Assembly: GCF_000196355.1 (NCBI RefSeq)
Contig: NC_007614.1
Coordinates: 1,110,001-1,142,000, forward strand
Reading direction: 5' to 3'
From: Nitrosospira multiformis ATCC 25196
GTDB lineage: Bacteria > Pseudomonadota > Gammaproteobacteria > Burkholderiales > Nitrosomonadaceae
Length of the DNA: 32,000 bases
Every line of letters starts with the position of its first letter. Position 1 is the first letter of the stretch. The position numbers and the translations under genes were made by a program. Positions 16,604-23,407 of this stretch are shown piece after piece. Under the pieces are notes generated by a model. That model was not told the origin of the DNA. It saw only the letters and a list, made by a program, of their open reading frames with translations, and did not search any database.

Positions 16604-18543
16604 TTAAATCTCCAGGGAGAATTGACTTGGGTATAAGAACCGGAGGTCAGCCCTGGTTGCAGATGCGCCAGGGTTTGAAGGTCGACAAGATCTTCGATGA
16701 CGACGGCGGAGGGAATGCCTGCGTGCTGGAAGAGTTCAACCCATTGGTCAGCCGTTTTTGAGAGGAACACTTCGCTCAAGCATTGCTGGAAGCCATTGTT
16801 TTCAATGCCAGGAGTAAGGTCGAGGACTTCCGCGAGCCGTAATACCGTATCCACATCGGGGCATTCGATTGCAATCCTGCCCTGCCTTGTGGCGTAAACG
16901 TCATTGATGATACTTGTCGAAGGTTTTGAACCGGAAGCCGGCAAACTGTATATATCCCGGAAATCCTCGGCACACAAAAGTGTTGCTGCGCTCATGAGCG
17001 AGGAAGTGACCTTCGCCCCCACATTGTTCATGCACCGGTTAAGCAGTGCAATCGTGACACCTTGAGCCGCTACCACGCCTCCGAGCACATCCAGGACGGT
17101 GAACAAGGAGCCGCCACGGCTGCTGCCACCTCCTCCGACCTTTCCTGCCACTCCCGAATAGGCTTGAGCCATGAAATCCGTTCCGGGCATTGAATTTGAA
17201 GAGACGTGCTCGGCACAATCGGTGGCCCATCCGCCTGCATACGCATAAATCAGGGAGGGGTTGATTGCCGCCAGATCGCCATGATCGAGATTGAGCAGTA
17301 CCGCTTTGCCCGGCGCCCAATTGTGCAGAAAAATATCGGCGTGCCGTGCCAGCTCCCTGATTTCTGTTTTTCCAGCTGCGGATTTGATATCGATTTCGCG
17401 CACCGTTTTGAGATGGTTGAGCGCCTGGAAACGCGCGGAGCAACCTGCAGCCATGGGCGGCATTCCTCGCAGCGGATCGCCGCCTGGCGGCTCTATCCTG
17501 ATAACGGTTGCCCCGAGGAGTGCGAGCAAATGCCCGGCGAGAGGACCTTGTATGCGCCGGCATGATTCGATCACTGTGAATCCGCTTAACGGCAAATCAT
17601 CCTCCGGCAATGCGCCGCCCGCGGGGAGCAGGTATTCTCCATTCGGTTTTGGTTCGGATGAGAACGACGAAAACGCCCACGGGCCTTGCTGCCAGATTTG
17701 TCTGGCATCGTCGTCCTGTGCCCTGTCATCGATCGAGCGGACGGGGCAGATAGCCATGCCGGTTCTCGCACACACTTGCGAGATGCGGTGATAGGTCAGC
17801 CTCGAGATAGCGCGGGACAGCTCATCCGGCAATGGCGAGGCCGCTTTTGCGTATCGCAGCAGAAAAACTCTCCATCCTTTTCCCGCCGCTGCTGAACTTA
17901 CACCCAGTGTTGACCAGAATCTTTGCCAGGGGCCGGCGTCAAGTGTTTCGAGTTCAAAAATGACTCCGTCCAGGGAGACAAAGGGAGGGCAAGCGGGGGA
18001 TGAGCCAGGAAGGGGACGAGTGGCTTCAGCGGCCTCGGTGGTTTCAGGAGACTCCGAAGCAGTCGCCCCGGCGATATACTGACTCATGCTCAACAAGCCT
18101 GCGGCTGCCATCGAGACAGTACTGCTGGAAACAGGCAGTCCCCGCAGCCGGGCAATGGAAGCGGCGATGCTGCCCTGAAGCGCCAGTGCCGCAGTCAAGG
18201 TCGAAACGTAGTTCAGCCCCAGAGGTTTCGGCTGCCGATGGCTTCGCCCGTGCACCGACATCAATCCGCATGCTGCCTGCATGATGTTTTCGCTTACGGC
18301 GGCCTGCCGGAAAGGATCTTCCCATCGGGTGATCTCACATGTGACAGGGGCGGTGTGGGGTGTTTCGAATTCGAAGCACAATGTCTCGTCGCCTGCACAA
18401 TTTCCATCTGCTACGGTTTGCATCCCCAATGCTTCGGACTGATAAAGAAACGAGGAGGCTATGGGGGCAAAATCAGGGGTTATGCTTTTCGGACCCTTCA
18501 TCACACAACCCGTCAATGTTCGATTCATGCTCATGTTTCTCAC
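16600..18543 (-). CDS. Type III (CaiB/BaiF) CoA-transferase, full copy preceded by a fused N-terminal partial copy
   Basis: The C-terminal half has the full family pattern: LSGFTVIESCRRIQGPLAGHLLALLGATVIRIEPPGGDPLR, GTDFMAQAYSGVAG (catalytic Asp context), YATRQGRIAIE and SPWRF. The N-terminal ~300 aa repeats the middle and C-terminal blocks (SENIMQAACGLMSVHG..P.PLG...STLTAALALQGSIAA, FVSLDGVIFELE..GPWQRFWSTLG) but lacks the Rossmann-like N-terminal block. The GTG start is uncertain (18543, 18534 or 18528). Confidence 0.85.
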   Translation of the reverse strand: MRNMSMNRTLTGCVMKGPKSITPDFAPIASSFLYQSEALGMQTVADGNCAGDETLCFEFETPHTAPVTCEITRWEDPFRQAAVSENIMQAACGLMSVHGRSHRQPKPLGLNYVSTLTAALALQGSIAASIARLRGLPVSSSTVSMAAAGLLSMSQYIAGATASESPETTEAAEATRPLPGSSPACPPFVSLDGVIFELETLDAGPWQRFWSTLGVSSAAAGKGWRVFLLRYAKAASPLPDELSRAISRLTYHRISQVCARTGMAICPVRSIDDRAQDDDARQIWQQGPWAFSSFSSEPKPNGEYLLPAGGALPEDDLPLSGFTVIESCRRIQGPLAGHLLALLGATVIRIEPPGGDPLRGMPPMAAGCSARFQALNHLKTVREIDIKSAAGKTEIRELARHADIFLHNWAPGKAVLLNLDHGDLAAINPSLIYAYAGGWATDCAEHVSSNSMPGTDFMAQAYSGVAGKVGGGGSSRGGSLFTVLDVLGGVVAAQGVTIALLNRCMNNVGAKVTSSLMSAATLLCAEDFRDIYSLPASGSKPSTSIINDVYATRQGRIAIECPDVDTVLRLAEVLDLTPGIENNGFQQCLSEVFLSKTADQWVELFQHAGIPSAVVIEDLVDLQTLAHLQPGLTSGSYTQVNSPWRFK

Positions 18544-18564
18544 GGGACAGGAATAATTTCGGAC

Positions 18565-18837
18565 TCAACCCCCTGCAACGGCAGGCAGGATGGTCAGCAA
18601 GTCGCCATCAGTGAGGCTGGTCGAGAGGCCCTCGCTAAAGCGAATATCGTTGTCGTTCACATAGATATTGACGAAGCGGTGTGCTTCGCCCCCGGTGATC
18701 AGTTTTTCCTTGACGCCAGGGTACTGTTGTTCCATCCGTTCAATGGCATCGAGCACATTGGAGCCATCCACTTCGATACGCTTCTGGTTGTCGGTAAGGG
18801 GTCTGAGTATGGTCGGGATACTTATGGTTATCGGCAT
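18565..18837 (-). CDS. CysO-type MoaD/ThiS-family sulfur carrier protein ending in Gly-Gly
   Basis: MPITISIPTILRP...HRFVNIYVNDNDIRFSEGL...LLTILPAVAGG-stop. This is the beta-grasp carrier pattern, and as I recall it, very close to mycobacterial CysO (SIPTILRP, HRFVNIYVND, TILPAVAGG). I prefer ATG 18837 with SD GGAGA over the track start 18867. Confidence 0.9.
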   Translation of the reverse strand: MPITISIPTILRPLTDNQKRIEVDGSNVLDAIERMEQQYPGVKEKLITGGEAHRFVNIYVNDNDIRFSEGLSTSLTDGDLLTILPAVAGG

Positions 18838-19042
18838 ATTTATTTCTCCATATTTGGTTTTAAACACGAAAAGTATTAATAAGGATTTAAATTCGCATTA
18901 ACGCCCTTATTCAACATAAAAGCGTATCGCGTTCATCTAATTGGCAGGTTCAAGCGTTTTCACGCGTGCCTCAATCCCGCTACCACCTGCCAATATTCCT
19001 GATCAACCTGTTTGCGAAAAATCGAACCCTCCAGAAGGCGCC

Positions 19043-19495
19043 CTAGGCTACCATTGCCTCCATCGATAACTCCCATTCCGCCTTATATGAATTTATCATC
19101 CTGATTCTCTCTTCGGTGACCATTCCATCGAGAATGCGGAAGCTGCGGATTTCTTCTCCGTATGCGGGATCGGTTGGAACAATGACATAATGGGATTGGG
19201 GCTGGGACGCGTATTGCACGTCGGTACGGCTTGGATAGGCTGGAGTGTGGGTATGGGAGTGATAAATCACGATGGGTTCTTCGCCACGTGCCTCCATCTC
19301 TCTCCAGACCTGTAGCTGCTCTTGCGGATCGAACTTGAAAAATGTTTCGGACTGGGCTGCATTGCGCATCGGGATGAGGCGCAGGGGAAGATTCGATTTT
19401 TCCGGACCGGCAATGACCCCGCAGATTTCAAAAGGATGATCTTTATGTGCCTGAGCAAGCATTGCTTCAACGAGCTTGGCGTGTATGGTCAGCAT
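19043..19495 (-). CDS. JAMM/MPN+ metalloprotease (Mec+/QbsD-like)
   Basis: It carries the upstream Glu (FEICGVIAG) and a complete JAMM motif HSHTHTPAYPSRTD (HxHx7Sx2D). I prefer ATG 19495 with SD GGAGGA over the track start 19522. Confidence 0.9.
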   Translation of the reverse strand: MLTIHAKLVEAMLAQAHKDHPFEICGVIAGPEKSNLPLRLIPMRNAAQSETFFKFDPQEQLQVWREMEARGEEPIVIYHSHTHTPAYPSRTDVQYASQPQSHYVIVPTDPAYGEEIRSFRILDGMVTEERIRMINSYKAEWELSMEAMVA

Positions 19496-19675
19496 GATTC
19501 TTATCCTCCATGATGTTGACATTAATCAGCATATTCCCGGTCGAGAAAAATATAATTCCGTCATTGTGTGCCTCATCCGGAATCCAGAGGTTTTCGCATA
19601 TGGATTGCCAGGTTAGCCAGGCTTCGCCCGACGTCCGGGTATGTCGGTTGGAGCTCTACCCTAGTGACGACTCGC

Positions 19676-20848
19676 TCAATAACTTGGCAATGTCTGATCC
19701 ACATCCCTGATCCACGCCAGGATTCCGCCATCCAGGCTTTTGACATTCGTAAACCCCCGCTTGCGCATCTCCATGAGAATATCCCGGGACCGCACGCCCA
19801 TTTTGCAGTGAAGCACGATAAGCTCATCCTTGTTCAATCGGGCTAAAACTTCCTCGGACATCATCCTGTCCTTGGGAATATGATTTGCCCCTTCGATATG
19901 CACGATGTTCCATTCCTGGATTCCGCGAACATCGATAAGCTGCATGGCTACGCTGCAATCCCGCATCTCTTTCAATTCCAGGGCGCTGATCGTGGGTACG
20001 TTCGGTTTGCCGCCCGTCGTTGACTGCGGGAGGCCGCAAAATGCCTGGTAATCGATCAGCCGGGTGATCGGTGTCCTGACCGGGGCTCGCCGCAGCGGGA
20101 TGAATCTGAAGGTCATATCCAGGGCATCGTAGACAGCAAGCCTGCCGAGCAGGGTATTGCCCAGACCGGTAATCAATTTGATGGCCTCGGTAGCCATGAT
20201 CGCGCCGATGGATGCGCACAGTATGCCCAGCACGCCGCCTTCCGCACACGACGGGGCCATTTCGGGCGGCGGGGGTTCGGGATAAAGGTCGCGGTAGTTC
20301 AGGCCGCGTCCTCCTGGCGCATCTTCCCAGAAGACCGAGGCCTGCCCTTCGAAGCGGAAAATGGACCCCCAGACATAGGGCTTTCCAGCCAGCACGCAGG
20401 CATCGTTGACGAGATAGCGGGTGGAGAAGTTATCCGTTCCGTCTATTACCAGATCGTAGTCCGATATGATGTCAATAGCATTTGTTGTTTCGAGTCGTTC
20501 ATCGTGAATCCGAACCTGGATATAGGGATTCAGGGCCTTGACCGAGTCCTGCGCACTCCGGCATTTGGGTCTGCCGATATCCTGCTGCCGATGAATGACC
20601 TGCCGCTGTAGATTGGATTCATCAACAATATCGAAATCGATAATGCCCAAGGTTCCCACGCCGGCTGCGGCCAGATAGAGGAGCGTCGGCGATCCCAGCC
20701 CTCCGGCGCCGATTACCAGGACCTTGCTGTTCTTGAGACGCTGCTGCCCTTCCAGACCGACATCCGGAATCAGCAGATGGCGGCTGTAGCGCGAAATTTC
20801 TTCTTTACTCAATTCTTCCGAGGGATGTACCAGCGGTGATAGCTGCAT
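19676..20848 (-). CDS. moeZ: MoeZ/MoeBR-type E1-like adenylyltransferase fused to a rhodanese sulfurtransferase domain
   Basis: RYSRHLLIPDVGLEGQQRL..VLVIGAGGLGSP is the ThiF/MoeB nucleotide loop. CAEGGVLG is present, and the C-terminal rhodanese domain has the active-site loop HCKMGVRS. SD GGAGG lies before the ATG. Confidence 0.9.
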   Translation of the reverse strand: MQLSPLVHPSEELSKEEISRYSRHLLIPDVGLEGQQRLKNSKVLVIGAGGLGSPTLLYLAAAGVGTLGIIDFDIVDESNLQRQVIHRQQDIGRPKCRSAQDSVKALNPYIQVRIHDERLETTNAIDIISDYDLVIDGTDNFSTRYLVNDACVLAGKPYVWGSIFRFEGQASVFWEDAPGGRGLNYRDLYPEPPPPEMAPSCAEGGVLGILCASIGAIMATEAIKLITGLGNTLLGRLAVYDALDMTFRFIPLRRAPVRTPITRLIDYQAFCGLPQSTTGGKPNVPTISALELKEMRDCSVAMQLIDVRGIQEWNIVHIEGANHIPKDRMMSEEVLARLNKDELIVLHCKMGVRSRDILMEMRKRGFTNVKSLDGGILAWIRDVDQTLPSY

Positions 20849-20886
20849 TCGAAACCTCCATGTTCAAGTCAAAGGATCATCATTTC

Positions 20887-22827
20887 TTAGAAGCTTGCGG
20901 CTATGCCGATTTGTCCCCACCGACCCGGCATGGGATACCCCGGACGGTAGGCATAGTTGGCATCCAGAAGGTTTTCCATGGCCACGAAAATTTCTCCTTT
21001 CGTGCCCAGGAAAGGCAATGGGTGGGAGACACGCGCATTCATGATTACAAAGGAGTCGACTCGCTCGGTATTCCCTGCCCCGGCTGAGCGGGAGCGGCTG
21101 AGCGCCAGTACGCTGGATTGGTACTGGGTATCGATCGTCACGCGAATCATTCCGAATTGGCCATTAAGACCGGCTGTAACCGCTCTTGCCGGGGTATAAG
21201 GCAGGTTGTCGATGGTAGGATCGAGCAAGGTCAGCCCGCCGAATATCGTCCAATGACGTCCGATATTCTGCGTGATCGCAATCTCGGCACCCCGGATCGA
21301 ATAAGTGCCGAGATTGAGGAATTGAGGCGGTGGCGGAACATTCGGCGGAAAGCCGAAGATGAACCGGTTCTTTACCTGGTCGATAAAGAGGCTGACATCG
21401 ATTTGCGTCGCGTCGATAGGTGTCAGTTTCAAACCGATCTCCGCATGGTTGAGTTCTTCCGCGGACAGCTGTTTCCATGTCTGCCCCAACGGCGGAATCA
21501 GGAAGGAGAGAACAGGTGCTTCCAGACCTGGATAGTTGATGCCGCGTGAAACATTGCCGAAGAGGGTCAGCTTCTCGGAAACCAGGGAGAGGCCCGCGTG
21601 GGGCGAGGTTCTCGTGCGGAACATGCTGTGATCGTAGACACGTATCCCGACCGACGGCACCAGCGACCAGTTTTCATTGAGATCGATCTTCTGGCTTAAT
21701 GCCACATAGGGCGAGGTAACACGGAAAGTCGGTGTATCGAAACTGTCTCGTGGAGCTGGCGGCAGCCGGTTGAATCGTACGTCGCCCGAAACCCAGTCGC
21801 TGTCGAGACCGGCAACAATAGCACTCCCCCTCCATAGGGAGAATTCTTCTTTCCAGCGCATGCCAGTCATCTGGAAGTTATTGAACTGGTCTCCTTCTAA
21901 TCCGGATTGATGCAACCAGTTGCCTTCCCCTCTATTGTGGTAAACACGCAGGCCACCACGCCAGTTGCCATGACGATGCGATACAAAAACAGAGACGATT
22001 CCTGCCTGGGTATTGTATTGTGGCGCCACGGCGGGCACCGGGAGCCGGTTGTCACCCGGGTCACCTGCCTGGTTGTTGACATAAAGAAAGCTCGTGCCAA
22101 CTGACCAATTAGCGTTCAGGCGCACCCCGATGCGTCCCATTACATTGTTCAGCTCGCCGTTCGCATTAGGCCGATGTCCATTCGATTGGGCGTGGCCTTG
22201 CGCCAGCATGAAATCCACGTTTCCATAACTGCCCACCAGATCCGCCTGCTCTATGAAGGTGCTGAAGTAGCCTCCGGATATCCTGCCGCTGGCATGCAGG
22301 CCCTCTTCAGTGGCGCGCTTGGTTTCCAAATTGATCGAGGCAAAGTTGTTTCCGTTGATTTGTGGCTGCGGGCTTTTATATACTGTGATTGCCTGCATGC
22401 CGTTGACCGGCAGAAGATCGAGCAAGGGATGGTTCCAGACCCCCATGTAAAATGGAACGCCATCGATGTAGGTTTTGATTTCGCTGCCGGGCCGGCTGAC
22501 GCCCATCCCGCGGATATAAACCCCGCCGCCCTGATCCCCACCAAAGGCGCCCACAGGGTTGTAGCGCGATATCTGGACGCCAGGCGTGCGCCGCAGCGCG
22601 GTAGCCAGATCGAATGCATTCTGGTCGTGCAACTGGCTTTCGGTGACGACCGCCGATGTGCTGGAAAAACCGTCGATACGAATGCGATCTATGATCGGAT
22701 TGGCGGTTACCACAATCGGAGTAAGTTCAGTTTCATGCGCCATGGCAAAACCTGGGCAGATTATCGTCAAGACCGCAGATAGTGCGGTTGCTGTGTTTTT
22801 TCTTCTTATCATTTTTCTTGTTTTCAT
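20887..22827 (-). CDS. TonB-dependent outer-membrane receptor (siderophore/metallophore type)
   Basis: The signal peptide ends FAMA/HE. The TonB box-like LTPIVVTA follows directly, so there is no FecA-type signalling extension. The plug has FDLATALRRTPGV, and the C-terminus is ..WGQIGIAASF. I prefer ATG 22827 (MKTRKMIRRK..) over the track start 22878. Confidence 0.85.
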   Translation of the reverse strand: MKTRKMIRRKNTATALSAVLTIICPGFAMAHETELTPIVVTANPIIDRIRIDGFSSTSAVVTESQLHDQNAFDLATALRRTPGVQISRYNPVGAFGGDQGGGVYIRGMGVSRPGSEIKTYIDGVPFYMGVWNHPLLDLLPVNGMQAITVYKSPQPQINGNNFASINLETKRATEEGLHASGRISGGYFSTFIEQADLVGSYGNVDFMLAQGHAQSNGHRPNANGELNNVMGRIGVRLNANWSVGTSFLYVNNQAGDPGDNRLPVPAVAPQYNTQAGIVSVFVSHRHGNWRGGLRVYHNRGEGNWLHQSGLEGDQFNNFQMTGMRWKEEFSLWRGSAIVAGLDSDWVSGDVRFNRLPPAPRDSFDTPTFRVTSPYVALSQKIDLNENWSLVPSVGIRVYDHSMFRTRTSPHAGLSLVSEKLTLFGNVSRGINYPGLEAPVLSFLIPPLGQTWKQLSAEELNHAEIGLKLTPIDATQIDVSLFIDQVKNRFIFGFPPNVPPPPQFLNLGTYSIRGAEIAITQNIGRHWTIFGGLTLLDPTIDNLPYTPARAVTAGLNGQFGMIRVTIDTQYQSSVLALSRSRSAGAGNTERVDSFVIMNARVSHPLPFLGTKGEIFVAMENLLDANYAYRPGYPMPGRWGQIGIAASF

Positions 22828-23060
22828 CGAATTCCTGTGAATTGCTGCAAGCAGGCCCAAGCAACAGGGCCAAAGCAACCATCAATGCTGTAAACGAAGT
22901 CATTTGCTCGAAGGCGGAATGCATATCGACGTGAAGCCCGAAGCCTCGTGCCGGGAAAAAACCGGAAGGAGCTTGTCACCTGCGGCCAGGAGAATGTCGG
23001 CAAACCCTGTATAGCTGCTGAGGTGGAATGTAAGGCAAATCGTGGGAATTAGGAATGTGG

Positions 23061-23104
23061 CATATTGCCGCATGTGACAAATTGTCGCATGTCATATTGC
23101 GGCA
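23061..23104. promoter_or_regulatory. Tandem 17-bp repeat with overlapping dyad symmetry; candidate operator in the receptor/PBP divergent intergenic region
   Basis: attgccgcatgtgacaa (23064-23080) is followed immediately by attgtcgcatgtcatat (23081-23097), with 13/17 identical. The outer inverted repeat is tgccgca (23066-72) / tgcggca (23098-104). The central near-palindrome is tgtgacaa-a-ttgtcgca (23073-23089). Confidence 0.35.
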
Positions 23105-23407
23105 CTCACGCCAGGTTTGATGCGGAAGGTTTCATCGTCTCGACAGACTGTTTCCGGTACATATCCGGCGTTGCGGAATCCGCCTTGCTGCTGACTGTCT
23201 TAAACATTGCAGTTCGATACCCGCTTATTTATCATGTCCATAATGCCGGCGGTGTTTGCGTCCGAAACGAAATAAGAAGCGAAAAGATTTAACAATCTTT
23301 TTGATCAGAGATTCGACACGAATTCAAAAAAACGAACAAGTCGAGGAAAATGCTGCATTTCGTGGTTTGGTTGATATCCATAAAACAGTAATGTTGTATT
23401 TTTACCC

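Noticed and set aside
19496-19675. Tiny ORFs in the moeZ-JAMM spacer as precursor peptides (e.g. minus-strand MRHTMTELYFSRPGIC, 16 aa).
   Set aside because: There is no ribosome-binding site and no supporting context such as a RiPP maturase. ORFs of this length are expected at random.
18565-20848. Reading MoeZ + JAMM + CysO-type carrier as the mycobacterial-style cysteine biosynthesis module.
   Set aside because: No CysM/O-phosphoserine sulfhydrylase gene is adjacent or anywhere in the window. Instead the carrier gene is 21 nt from, and co-oriented with, CoA-transferase/ligase genes. This cannot be fully excluded without the whole genome.
20869-20887. Fur-box-like sequence (minus strand agaAATGATgATCcTTtga) between the receptor stop and the moeZ start.
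   Set aside because: By my count only 11 of 19 positions match GATAATGATAATCATTATC, which is too weak to call. The AT-rich carrier upstream spacer (18838-19042) gave a similar 12/19 match. I found no better Fur box upstream of the receptor.
23065-23292. 75-aa + strand ORF in the receptor/PBP intergenic region.
   Set aside because: It starts inside the 17-bp repeat array, has no SD, and its translation has no recognisable features. It is more likely non-coding regulatory DNA.
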